Source of the DNA: Vulcanimicrobiota bacterium
GTDB taxonomy: Bacteria > Vulcanimicrobiota > Vulcanimicrobiia > Vulcanimicrobiales > Vulcanimicrobiaceae
Reading direction: 5' to 3'
DNA length: 64,000 nucleotides
Assembly: GCA_963833095.1 (NCBI GenBank)
Contig: CAWHWQ010000002.1
Coordinates: forward strand, 160,001-224,000
Position numbers and translations under genes: made by a program. Of this stretch, positions 37,465-46,939 are shown piece by piece (position 1 is the stretch's first letter; every line of letters starts with the position of its first letter). A model generated the notes under the pieces. It did no database searches. It was not told where the DNA came from and saw only the letters and a list, made by a program, of their open reading frames with translations.

Positions 37465-38222
37465 AGCGCTTCTTCCGAATCGGGCTTGCGCTAGCACTTC
37501 TTGCTTCGATGCCGATGATGGCGCTCGCTCAGCAACATGGCGGAGGCGGTGGCGCGCACGCCGCACCGCCGCCGCGCCCGATCGGTCCGCCGCCAGCCCC
37601 GCGCCCAGCCTACGTGCCGCAATCTCACCCGATGGCGCCGCCGCGTCCTCTACCGCAACCCGGCTTCAGCTTTCCGCACGATCCCCCCGCGCGTCCGGCC
37701 CCCGGCTATCCGGCACATCCGATCGCCCCGCCCGCCGCGCGTCCGATGCCGCCGGGCTCTCGTCCGATTGCACCACCGCCGGGACGCCCGGCGTATCGGC
37801 CACCGCAGCCGCTTCCCCCGAACTACCGCGGGCCCGTGGTGAGCAATCCGAGCCACTGGGGTCACTACGGCTGGAATCGCGGCCGCGCGTGGTATCCGGC
37901 GCCGATTTATTGGGGTGGTGGCTTCTGGGGACCGTTTGCGCTGGGTGCGCTCAGCGGCGCGCTCCTCTACGGATCGATCATCGACTATCAAGATCAAGCG
38001 ATCTATCCTTCATATGAGATTGCGCCGCTCACGCCCGGCGCGCAACTGCTCCAAAACTACAACTTAACGCAGACGCCGTGCGGTCCGCCGAATCTCGTCG
38101 TCATTTGGGGTCCCGGCGACAGCGTGATCTGCGCGTATCCGAACGACCTTGTTTCCGCCGGTAATTATCAGCTCGATCCGACCACGTTGACGTTGGTGTC
38201 GGCACCGTCGCCGCAGCAGTAG
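37461..38222 (+). CDS. Secreted Pro-rich protein with a conserved C-terminal domain, module gene B copy 2 (intact)
   Basis: ATGA overlap with gene A; signal peptide; Pro-rich region; GWNRGRAWYPAPIYWGGGFWG; CGPPNLVVIWGPGDSVICAYPN. Confidence 0.88.
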   Translation: MKRFFRIGLALALLASMPMMALAQQHGGGGGAHAAPPPRPIGPPPAPRPAYVPQSHPMAPPRPLPQPGFSFPHDPPARPAPGYPAHPIAPPAARPMPPGSRPIAPPPGRPAYRPPQPLPPNYRGPVVSNPSHWGHYGWNRGRAWYPAPIYWGGGFWGPFALGALSGALLYGSIIDYQDQAIYPSYEIAPLTPGAQLLQNYNLTQTPCGPPNLVVIWGPGDSVICAYPNDLVSAGNYQLDPTTLTLVSAPSPQQ

Positions 38223-38300
38223 CTGGTAAAGATGCGCAATAACGCTCATTAAGGGAGGCGTTAACGGCGCAGCGAAGCCCCGTACGCGGAGGTATTCGCT

Positions 38301-39290
38301 ATGGAAGTTTCACGCAAAGGTTTTCTCGCCGGGTCCGCCGCTGTCGTTGCGGCCGGAACGGCGTCCTCGCTCACCCCTGCCGGGGCGGCGCCCGCATCGG
38401 TCACGGGTATGACCTTTACCACGCTGCGCGACGGTAACGTCGATCATTTGGGCATTCGCACCCCGCATGGCATCGTTGACGTCTCTCGCGCGGCCAAAGC
38501 GATGGGTATTTCTAACGCGCCGCGCACCGTCGAAGACGTGGTCTGCGGACGCGGCAACGTCGCCGCACTGCACCGCATCGCGGCCCAAGCACCTGCCGGC
38601 TCGATTCGCAGCGAATCCTCGGTTCAATACGGCCCGCTTGTGTCCACGCCGGAAAAGATCTTGTGCGTCGGTTTGAACTACCGCGCGCACTTGGCCGAAA
38701 CCAACATGAAACCGCAGCCGTATCCCGACCTCTTCAATAAGTACAACACTTCGTTGAACCGCCACAAGGGAACGGTCGCAGTGTCATCGCTGCCGCTCGT
38801 GCAATTCGACTACGAATCCGAACTCGTCATCTTCATGGGCAAAGAAGCGCGCAACGTTTCCGAGGCGGATGCGCTTTCCTATGTGTTCGGCTACGCGTGT
38901 GGCAACGATTTCAGCGCGCGCGACGCGCAACTGCGCGTGTCGCAATGGATGACGGGCAAGACGCCCGATCAGTTCGCGCCGCTGGGACCGTGGCTGGTGA
39001 CCGCCGATCAAGTCGGCGACCCGCAGACGTTGCAAATCCAAACGTTCGTCAACGACGAGACGACGCCGCGTCAGGATATGAATACGTCGGAGATGATCTT
39101 TTCGTGCGCGAAAATCATCAGCTACATGTCCGAGTTCATCACCCTGCGTCCGGGCGACATCGTCTTCTCGGGGACGCCGAGCGGTGTGATCCTCGGTTAC
39201 CCCAAGGACAAACAGGTCTGGCTCAAGGCGGGCGATCGCGTTACGACCAAAATTTCAAAGCTGGGCGAGCTGAACTTTACCCTCGTCTAA
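38301..39290 (+). CDS. Fumarylacetoacetate hydrolase family protein with a Tat-like leader
   Basis: KILCVGLNY.AH, DYESEL, GNDFSARD, GKTPD.FAPLGP, PGDIVFSGTP.GV; SRKGFL leader. Confidence 0.92.
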   Translation: MEVSRKGFLAGSAAVVAAGTASSLTPAGAAPASVTGMTFTTLRDGNVDHLGIRTPHGIVDVSRAAKAMGISNAPRTVEDVVCGRGNVAALHRIAAQAPAGSIRSESSVQYGPLVSTPEKILCVGLNYRAHLAETNMKPQPYPDLFNKYNTSLNRHKGTVAVSSLPLVQFDYESELVIFMGKEARNVSEADALSYVFGYACGNDFSARDAQLRVSQWMTGKTPDQFAPLGPWLVTADQVGDPQTLQIQTFVNDETTPRQDMNTSEMIFSCAKIISYMSEFITLRPGDIVFSGTPSGVILGYPKDKQVWLKAGDRVTTKISKLGELNFTLV

Positions 39291-39349
39291 TGTAAGCCTG
39301 GTACGCCGATGAGAGGCCGGGGCTTGCCCCCGGAGAACATGGCAGAGCG

Positions 39350-39823
39350 ATGAAAGCGCTGCTCGGGATGCTCGGCCTCTTGAGCCTGCTCTACGGATGT
39401 GGTGGCGGGGGCTACCTTCCCTACGCGCCGCGTTCACTCGACTCGCTGCAAATCAGTTCGCTGGTAAGCGAAGCCTCCTTCACGAGCGGCGTCCCGCCGG
39501 GTCTCGTCCGCGCGGTGATGATGGCCGAGTCTGCGGGCGACCCCTCGGCGATTAGCGTAGCCGGCGCGCAAGGGCTCATGCAGCTCATGCCGGGCACCGC
39601 TGCCGGCTGCGGCGTTTCCGACGCGTTCGACCCGAATCAAAACGTCCGTTGCGGCGCCGGCTATCTCAAGCAGTTGCTCGACCGCTATCATGGCAACGCG
39701 ACATTGGCCGTCGCGGCCTATAACGCGGGACCGGGCACGGTCGACCGCTACCACGGCGTTCCGCCCTATCCGGAAACGCGGGCGTATGTCGCTCGCGTGA
39801 TTTCGGCCTACCGGAGCTTCTAG
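39350..39823 (+). CDS. Lytic transglycosylase (SLT domain) lipoprotein
   Basis: Lipobox LYGC; AES, AISVAGAQGLMQLMP.TA, AAYNAG, ETRAYV. Confidence 0.93.
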   Translation: MKALLGMLGLLSLLYGCGGGGYLPYAPRSLDSLQISSLVSEASFTSGVPPGLVRAVMMAESAGDPSAISVAGAQGLMQLMPGTAAGCGVSDAFDPNQNVRCGAGYLKQLLDRYHGNATLAVAAYNAGPGTVDRYHGVPPYPETRAYVARVISAYRSF

Positions 39824-39836
39824 CTCCGGATCATTC

Positions 39837-40991
39837 ATGGCGACGCTGACCGAACGCCGGCCGCACCCCGCAATCGATTTCGCGGCATGGCGCGTGCCGA
39901 TACTGGACCGTTACTTGCTGCGCGAAATGGCGGGCCCATTTCTCTTTGCGTTCTTCGCGTACCTGATCTTCTGGGCGCTCAACATCTTCTTCGTAGCGGC
40001 AGATTACATCATCAATCAGCACGCGCCGTTCTTTTTAGTGTTCCGCTTTGTGCTCTTCCGCGTGCCGCAAGCGATCCCGATGGCGTTCCCGTTTGCGTCG
40101 CTGTTCGCCGGCCTCCTCGCGATGGGACGGGTCATGGGCGACAACGAGGTCACGGCGATGCGTACGTCCGGCATTCCGGTCTGGCGCATCGCGCTAACGC
40201 CGCTGCTATTCGGCTTCGCGATGTTTCTGCTGGCGTACGCCATGAACGAATACGTCGCCCCCGCATCGGTCGATATTTCTACGCGTACGTTCTACCAAAT
40301 CATCTATCACACCGACTCCCTACCGGTCGAGCCACAGTTCTTCCGCAAAGATCCTGACAACGGCAATGTGTTCTATGTGAATCAAGTACTGCCCGACAAT
40401 AAGACGATGCAGGGCGTGCAGGTCTTTAAACTCGGGCGCTACGGAATTTTCGTGGAAACGCTGCAAGCCAAAACGGCGAGCGTCGAGAATACGCAACTCG
40501 CGCTGCATGACGTCATTGATACGCGGTATAACACCGACGGTCTCATGACCAGTCAACAGCACGTCAAGGACATTTTGATCGGGCTTCCGCTCGCCGAAAC
40601 CGCGGCGCAATTCATGAGCACGCAGAACTCCGATCCCTGGGCCATGTCGAGCAAGAATCTTTCGGCGCAGGTCAAGGCGCTCCAAGCGCAAGGCATCGGC
40701 GGCTCGGCACTAGGAAGCCTCGAGGTCAATCTCGCCAACAAGCTGGCGTGGCCGTTCGCGTCGTTCATCGGGGTCGTGCTCGCAATTCCGCTCGCGATGC
40801 GTTTCGGCAAACGTGGACGAACGCTCGGCGTCGCAATGGCGATCCTCGCGTTCTTCGTGTATTTCTTGATGACGTCGGCGGCGGCCGCGCTGGGCCGCAA
40901 CGGAAAGATCGATCCGGTCTTCGCCGCTTGGCTGCCCAATATCATCATGGGCGTTACCGGCATCGCTTTGCTCTGGTTAGAAGAACACTGA
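39837..40991 (+). CDS. LptF/LptG family LPS export permease
   Basis: ILDRYLLRE, DNEVTAMRTSG, KLAWPFAS, AAWLPNII. Confidence 0.9.
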   Translation: MATLTERRPHPAIDFAAWRVPILDRYLLREMAGPFLFAFFAYLIFWALNIFFVAADYIINQHAPFFLVFRFVLFRVPQAIPMAFPFASLFAGLLAMGRVMGDNEVTAMRTSGIPVWRIALTPLLFGFAMFLLAYAMNEYVAPASVDISTRTFYQIIYHTDSLPVEPQFFRKDPDNGNVFYVNQVLPDNKTMQGVQVFKLGRYGIFVETLQAKTASVENTQLALHDVIDTRYNTDGLMTSQQHVKDILIGLPLAETAAQFMSTQNSDPWAMSSKNLSAQVKALQAQGIGGSALGSLEVNLANKLAWPFASFIGVVLAIPLAMRFGKRGRTLGVAMAILAFFVYFLMTSAAAALGRNGKIDPVFAAWLPNIIMGVTGIALLWLEEH

Positions 40992-40995
40992 CGGC

Positions 40996-43500
40996 GTGAG
41001 CTCGAGACCTTCGGGCCGTCGAGGTGCTGCGGCGATAGCGTGCCTCGTCGCTCTTTTCGCCACGTACCTGCCCGCGCAGGGCCAGACCATTGATGACAAC
41101 GATCGCGTGCTCGGCTTACTCAACCATCAGTCTTGTGCGGTGCATGAGGCTAAACTGTTCGCGCAGGAAGTCGGACAATCACAAGAGCCAGAGGGCAGTC
41201 GCTACGTCGCGCAGTTCGAAGGCCTTCCGTCGCCCTCGCCGAGTGGATCGCCAAGCGCTTCGCCGCAGCCCACACCATCATTCGCACCGCGCGGCAACTC
41301 GACGACCACGCTAATCGCGACACCGTTCCCGAGCGGTTCTCCCCTTTCGCCGCCGCCGGTCCCGACAGCGACGCCGAATCCATTCGACCAAAATCAACCG
41401 ATCTTCGTCACTCGCGGCGGCAGCACGCCCCCGGCAATCACACCCGCAGGACACATCGCACCGACTCCGAGCCCCGTGCCGTCCGGTGCGCCAACGCTAA
41501 AGCCCAACTACATCGCGGTTCTCGCCGACAAGGTTTCGGGCAATACCGGGCCAGGGCAGCCCGGCGATGCGTCGGGAAACGTGCACATCCTCTACGGCGC
41601 CGAAGAGATCGTCGGGGACGACGCGCATTACGACGGCCTACGCACGGTCACGATCACCGGACATCCGTTCATCATCAACCATGCCAAAGATTCTGTTCTC
41701 GACGCCGATAAGATCTCGTTTGATACCATCGACCAGACGGCTATTCTCACCAACGGCCGCGGCACCAGCTCCGAAGGCGTAAACGTCGGCCTCGTGCACT
41801 TCAGCGCAAAGGATCTGCACACCGATGCCGCGGGCATTGGGCACGGCGTTGCGCCGTCGGTTACGACCTGCGAGCACCAACGCGGCGGTTACCACATCAC
41901 CGGCCGAAACATGGACGTTTATCCCGGCGACAAGATCGTCATCTACCGCGCGATTCTGTGGCTAGGCGCGGCGGCGGTGTTCTTCCTTCCCAAAGTTGTG
42001 ATCCCGCTGCGCACGATCGATAATCCGAATCAGCGGCCGAAGTACTTTCCCGACATCGGTTACGACCAGTACGAAGGCTATTGGATCAAGACGCGCATCA
42101 CGTTCGGGAAGGATCAATATTTCTACGGTTACTATGTCGTCAACTATTTCACCAAGGTCGGCCTGGGTCTGGGTTACGTCGCGTTTTACACTAAGAAGAA
42201 CGGCCGGCGCAGTGCTAACGTCAATTTCTACGAGATTCATGACAAACGCGTCGATGCGACGACCGACAACCTGACCTTCAACGAAACCGAGAACATCTCT
42301 CAAACCTTGCGCGCCAACTTCGCGCTAGGCTACCAGTCGAACTACGGCCCCTACACAAACCTGCCGGCCAACACCAGCGTCAACGTTACCGTCGCGCACC
42401 AGACGGCGCATACATCGCAGCAATATGCTTTCACGCGCAGCGCGGTCGGCTCGCAGTCCAGCAGCGATAGCATCACCTTTACGGACAACGATCAGTTTAA
42501 CCCAAAGCTGAGCAACGCGTTCAATTTTTCGCTTTCAAGCAGCAGCTCCAGCTTCGGTGGCGTCGCCTCAACGAACTCGACGGCGACGCTCAACGACCTG
42601 CTGCACTACGTGACGCCCGGCGAAGATTACCAGCTCACCTACAATAAGACGATCGCGGCTCAGCCATACGGCGACGAACAGATCCCACAACTCCAGATCC
42701 GCCCGTACAAGTTCTTTCCTCACTTTTGGATTCCGACATCGGCAAACTTCACGGTTGGCCAATACAGCGAGCCCGCCGACGATTTTTCGGCCAGCCGCGC
42801 AAACCTCGCGTTCGTACTCGGCCCGGAAATCGCGCGGATTTGGGGCAGCGATTTTCAGGCAACCGTGAACGTCAATCAGTACGCGTATAGCACGGGCGAT
42901 CTCAAAGCGTCGATTCAGCAACAGGCTTCATTGACGACGCCGTTTAGCCAGCACTTCGTCAACACGCTGACCTACAGCGAAGAGAACTACAACGGACCGG
43001 AATCGGTTCCGTTTTACACACTCGATCAATTTCCGGGAACAAACACCAAGAACGCGCAAGACCTCGTGCGCGTGCTCAACGGAAACACCTACAATCTTTC
43101 GCTCGGCTTCGCGACGAATTTCAACGCGCAGGCGCAACCGGTGAGCTACCAGCTCACCGCGCAGCCGTCGCCGCGTTCGATCTTGCTGATCGGCGGGTCA
43201 TTCATCCCCGGTCCGGGCCAAGGCTTCGAGTCGACGAACCTGCAGCTTTCAACCCCAATCGGCCGGAATACCACTGCGCAGTTCGTGACGACGATCGATT
43301 GGCTGAACCACGCGCGTCTAGAGCAGAAGGTGCTTTATATCACGCATACGATCGGTGACTGCTATCAGCTCCAAGCGCTGTACAACCAGTCACAAAAACT
43401 GGTGACGATGCAGATCAACATCTTCGCCTTCCCGACGCAGGGCGCGACCTTCGCGCTGGGCCAAGGTGGCCCGTTGATTCCGACGACATTCAACTTCTAG
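40996..43500 (+). CDS. LptD-like outer-membrane LPS assembly protein
   Basis: Signal peptide; Pro/Ser linker; ASGNVHI, TTCEH...YHI, FFLP, P.IGYD...G; long beta-rich region ending in Phe; follows lptF/G. Confidence 0.75.
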   Translation: MSSRPSGRRGAAAIACLVALFATYLPAQGQTIDDNDRVLGLLNHQSCAVHEAKLFAQEVGQSQEPEGSRYVAQFEGLPSPSPSGSPSASPQPTPSFAPRGNSTTTLIATPFPSGSPLSPPPVPTATPNPFDQNQPIFVTRGGSTPPAITPAGHIAPTPSPVPSGAPTLKPNYIAVLADKVSGNTGPGQPGDASGNVHILYGAEEIVGDDAHYDGLRTVTITGHPFIINHAKDSVLDADKISFDTIDQTAILTNGRGTSSEGVNVGLVHFSAKDLHTDAAGIGHGVAPSVTTCEHQRGGYHITGRNMDVYPGDKIVIYRAILWLGAAAVFFLPKVVIPLRTIDNPNQRPKYFPDIGYDQYEGYWIKTRITFGKDQYFYGYYVVNYFTKVGLGLGYVAFYTKKNGRRSANVNFYEIHDKRVDATTDNLTFNETENISQTLRANFALGYQSNYGPYTNLPANTSVNVTVAHQTAHTSQQYAFTRSAVGSQSSSDSITFTDNDQFNPKLSNAFNFSLSSSSSSFGGVASTNSTATLNDLLHYVTPGEDYQLTYNKTIAAQPYGDEQIPQLQIRPYKFFPHFWIPTSANFTVGQYSEPADDFSASRANLAFVLGPEIARIWGSDFQATVNVNQYAYSTGDLKASIQQQASLTTPFSQHFVNTLTYSEENYNGPESVPFYTLDQFPGTNTKNAQDLVRVLNGNTYNLSLGFATNFNAQAQPVSYQLTAQPSPRSILLIGGSFIPGPGQGFESTNLQLSTPIGRNTTAQFVTTIDWLNHARLEQKVLYITHTIGDCYQLQALYNQSQKLVTMQINIFAFPTQGATFALGQGGPLIPTTFNF

Positions 43501-43565
43501 ACAAGAACGTAGAAGCGCCGATGTCGCTCGGATCGAGGAAACGAGGCCGGGCGGAATGGACGTTT

Positions 43566-44345
43566 CTACGGATTATTAGCGATGTCGCCGCCGGCTAATG
43601 CGTCGGGAATCGACGGATGGCTGCCGGTCTGCGCGTAAAACGCACCGGTATCGAACGCGAGCGACACGTCGAGCTGCGGTGATGAGTACGTATTGTCGTT
43701 CGCGCCACCCGAGCCGAGCGAATCGCCGATCGTCCCCTGCGGCACGTAGCCCGTCTGCTGCCCTTGAATAACGAAGAAATTGAAGTTCCAAAGGTTCGAG
43801 ACCGCCACGCCCGAGCTCGTGGGCGAAGGGCTCGGACTCGCGCTGGGACTCGCCGAGGGCGACGTCGTCGGGCTCGGCGTCGGCGAGGTCGTCGCGCTGA
43901 ACAGAGCGAGCACGCGGTCGAAGATGACCGTGAATTCGGTTCCTTGCCCGTTGGTGTTCGCTTGGAAGATCAACTGCTGCGGTGTCGCGCCAATCGGATA
44001 CAACACCGGAATTTGCGACGTCGTACTGGGACGGTAGTAGTAGTACGCTTGCGCCTGGACCGCGCCGCCGACGCCGCCCACGACGATCGCCATCGAATAG
44101 CCCGCAAAGTTGTTGCTAAAGGTTTGGGGTAGAGGTGTTACTCCGCTGCCCGAGGTGTTAAGGACGATCGCATACGAGTCGGTCGAGAAGTTGAAAGCAG
44201 TCTGGACGCGGAACTTCACGCTCATGAAGCCCGCCTGCAAGCCGCCGGGGCCAACGCCGGTACGGGTGGGCGTCACTTGTCTGCCACACGCTGAGGCAAT
44301 GAGCGCTGCCGCTGAACCTGTCACGAAACTGACTCTACGAATCAT
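43566..44345 (-). CDS. Hypothetical lipoprotein with a PS/PT linker
   Basis: SD GAGGA; RR leader and lipobox IASAC; SPSASPSASPSPSP. Confidence 0.75.
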   Translation of the reverse strand: MIRRVSFVTGSAAALIASACGRQVTPTRTGVGPGGLQAGFMSVKFRVQTAFNFSTDSYAIVLNTSGSGVTPLPQTFSNNFAGYSMAIVVGGVGGAVQAQAYYYYRPSTTSQIPVLYPIGATPQQLIFQANTNGQGTEFTVIFDRVLALFSATTSPTPSPTTSPSASPSASPSPSPTSSGVAVSNLWNFNFFVIQGQQTGYVPQGTIGDSLGSGGANDNTYSSPQLDVSLAFDTGAFYAQTGSHPSIPDALAGGDIANNP

Positions 44346-45843
44346 GCTTTCCTCAGAACGCCTGCGCGCCGCGTCGATCGCGGTGCTCGCCGGCCTGCTA
44401 TTCGCGCTGGCGTTTCCGCGCGCGGGTTTTGCATGGGCCGCACCGCTTGGCGCAGGGGCGCTGTTCTGGACGTGGCAACGGGCATCCTGGAAACGCGCAT
44501 TCTACCTGGGATGGCTCTGTGGAATTGTCTTTTTTACAATTTCGTTTTGGTGGTGGAGCACAACGATTGTCACCGCCGTCGGTCCTCTTGCTTATGCCGC
44601 GGTGGTCCTGAGCGCGGGACTGGAGGGGCTTGCAATCGCCCTGGCCGGCATCATGACGTCGCTTGCAAGCGGCCGCGTCGCTCCCGTGCTCGTTCCACTG
44701 GCCGCCGCGCTTGCGTTTGCGGTCACCGAATGGGTGCGCTCGATCGGCGAGTTTGGTGTCCCCTTCGCGCAGCTTGGCGTTACGCAGGTCGAAACGCCGC
44801 TACGCGCGCTCGGCGCATTTATCGGCACGAGCGGCGTGACGCTCGTGCTTTTTGCACTCGGCGCGTATGCTGCTTACGGCCTACGTACCCGCGCGTGGCG
44901 CGCGTTCGTTGCGTGCGCTGCCGTCGTAGCGATCGCGACGTGCGGGGCATGGCTTGCGTGGCCGGCACGCTCTGCGCCCGCCCCGACCGTGCCGGTGGTC
45001 GCGATTCAAGGTAATATCGCGCAGTCGCTCAAGTGGCAGCCGGGATCGCTCGCACGAGCCGTCAGCGTTTACACCGCGATGACCCGCACGGCGATCGCCC
45101 TGCATCCACGTTTGATTGTGTGGCCGGAAACAGTGATCGCGTTGAGCGGTGCCGGTTTGAACCAGAATTCGCAACTGCTCGAGCGCTTTACCGACCTGGC
45201 TGCGCAAGCAAATGCAACGATCGTTGCCGGCAGCATTCGCGTCGCGCAGAATCAATACTTCAACGCGTCGTACCTCTTTACGCCGGCGGGCGTGAGCGGC
45301 GTCTACGACAAGCGGCAACTCGTACCGTTTGCCGAGCATTTTCCTGGTAAACAGTTTTTGTGGTGGCTTCCTTACGTCGGGTCGCTCAACGGCGGATTCT
45401 CGCAAGGTGACGGTAACGGCGTCTTTCCTACGAGCGCAGGTCTTACCATTGGGGAACTCATCTGCTGGGAGTCGGCGTTCGGTGACCTTGCCTACGATGA
45501 AGTGCGCAATGGCGCGCAGGTGTTGGTAATTTCAACCGATGACGCCTGGTTCGGCACCTCATCGGGTCCGTATCAGCACGCGCAGATCGCGCAGATGCGC
45601 GCGATTGAATCCGGTGCATACGTCGTGCGCGCAGCCGCAACAGGGATTAGCGGCATCATTGCGCCCGACGGATCATGGCAAGCTCGACTCCCACTCGATG
45701 TGCAAGGAAACGTGAACGGCGACGTGGGCCCCCCGGTAGGTTCACTCTTCTCGCGCATCGGTCCGACGCGCATCTGGATGGCGCTCATCGCGCTGTATCT
45801 GTTGCTCATTGCACTGCCGTGGAGGCGCGAGCAGGCAGAATGA
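44344..45843 (+). CDS. lnt: Apolipoprotein N-acyltransferase
   Basis: IQGNI, WPET, YDKRQLVPFAE, LICWES, STDDAWFG, MRAIE, RAAATGIS; start position uncertain. Confidence 0.93.
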   Translation: MLSSERLRAASIAVLAGLLFALAFPRAGFAWAAPLGAGALFWTWQRASWKRAFYLGWLCGIVFFTISFWWWSTTIVTAVGPLAYAAVVLSAGLEGLAIALAGIMTSLASGRVAPVLVPLAAALAFAVTEWVRSIGEFGVPFAQLGVTQVETPLRALGAFIGTSGVTLVLFALGAYAAYGLRTRAWRAFVACAAVVAIATCGAWLAWPARSAPAPTVPVVAIQGNIAQSLKWQPGSLARAVSVYTAMTRTAIALHPRLIVWPETVIALSGAGLNQNSQLLERFTDLAAQANATIVAGSIRVAQNQYFNASYLFTPAGVSGVYDKRQLVPFAEHFPGKQFLWWLPYVGSLNGGFSQGDGNGVFPTSAGLTIGELICWESAFGDLAYDEVRNGAQVLVISTDDAWFGTSSGPYQHAQIAQMRAIESGAYVVRAAATGISGIIAPDGSWQARLPLDVQGNVNGDVGPPVGSLFSRIGPTRIWMALIALYLLLIALPWRREQAE

Positions 45844-46397
45844 AGCGACGGATTCTGTGGCGCTGGATCGCGGCAATCGGCGGCGCCGCAGTCGTGATTT
45901 GGGTGATCGTCGAAGTGATTCTCGCCGGCATCGGTACGCCGCCGCTTCCCTCGGATCAGATGGGCATTACGCTACGCGGCGGTCGCGTGCAGGGCAGCCG
46001 CATCGTCACCAAGGCGTGGAGCTTTGATTATCACGACGCGCAGCTCTCACCCGACGGAACCACGGGCACAGTCGACGGCGTGCACGACGGTATCGTATTT
46101 CGGCACGGCAAGCCGTATTTAAAGATTACCGCGCAGCGAATCAGCGTCGACACGATGTCACTCAATTTCACGGCAATCGGGAAAGTCACCGTGGTCATGA
46201 TCGGTGATCCGCTCAAGCGCTCGTTCGACACCGATCTCGTGCAGTGGACGAACGCCACGAAACTGCTCTTGATGCCGCATCCAAGCTATCTCCATAGTCA
46301 GGCGCACACGCTGACGTTTAGCTCGGTGACGATAGATTTTGGCAAGGACCAGATTCACTTTGGCTCGATCCAGGGCAGTACCGAGGTCAAGACCTAG
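45840..46397 (+). CDS. LptC-like membrane-anchored beta-jellyroll protein
   Basis: Single N-terminal TM; beta-rich KAWSF, LKITA, TDLVQW; ATGA overlap with lnt; Lpt context. Confidence 0.6.
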   Translation: MKRRILWRWIAAIGGAAVVIWVIVEVILAGIGTPPLPSDQMGITLRGGRVQGSRIVTKAWSFDYHDAQLSPDGTTGTVDGVHDGIVFRHGKPYLKITAQRISVDTMSLNFTAIGKVTVVMIGDPLKRSFDTDLVQWTNATKLLLMPHPSYLHSQAHTLTFSSVTIDFGKDQIHFGSIQGSTEVKT

Positions 46398-46438
46398 CCT
46401 GCCTTGAGGCGCTTGCTCGGTTGGCCGATAGATAAATC

Positions 46439-46939
46439 ATGCGTTGCTTACGCCTGGTATTTACCTGCGCGGTCGTCCTTGCCGTCGCCGCCTGCGCCCA
46501 CAAGAGCAGCGCCCCGGCTCAGCCGTCCCTACCCCCAATGTTGATCGACGATCGCGGAATCGTGATGCCGCTCGAACAGGCCGTTACCAAGATCAGTTAC
46601 CGGCCATGGGTGCCGCATCGGCAGATCCTCAAAATTGCGGTCATTCCACCGCTGGGTGATCTGGACACGCCCGATCACCGCGGGATCGCCTTTGAGTATC
46701 AATTTGGAAATCAAGCGATGTTGCTCTCGGAGTGGCCAAAGCAGAACTTCACGCTCCTCTTTTTGCATGGCCAAGACATCACGTTCACGCCATGCACGAT
46801 CGCGCACTACAAAGCCGATGGCGTAGCGTGGACGACAAAAACGAAACTTGCAATGACATTACAACCCGACGGAAATGTGAATCCGAAGGATGTTGACACC
46901 GAAGCGCGGCGACTGATCGCGCAAGGCGCGTGTAACTAG
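46439..46939 (+). CDS. Hypothetical lipoprotein
   Basis: Lipobox VAAC after a hydrophobic stretch. Confidence 0.7.
   Translation: MRCLRLVFTCAVVLAVAACAHKSSAPAQPSLPPMLIDDRGIVMPLEQAVTKISYRPWVPHRQILKIAVIPPLGDLDTPDHRGIAFEYQFGNQAMLLSEWPKQNFTLLFLHGQDITFTPCTIAHYKADGVAWTTKTKLAMTLQPDGNVNPKDVDTEARRLIAQGACN

Noticed and set aside
38234..38272. Imperfect hairpin upstream of the FAH gene as a riboswitch
   Set aside because: No match to riboswitch consensus motifs I know, and too short to support a call.
39317..39333. GC hairpin CCGGGG-CTTGC-CCCCGG as a terminator
   Set aside because: Short stem with no U-tract on either strand.
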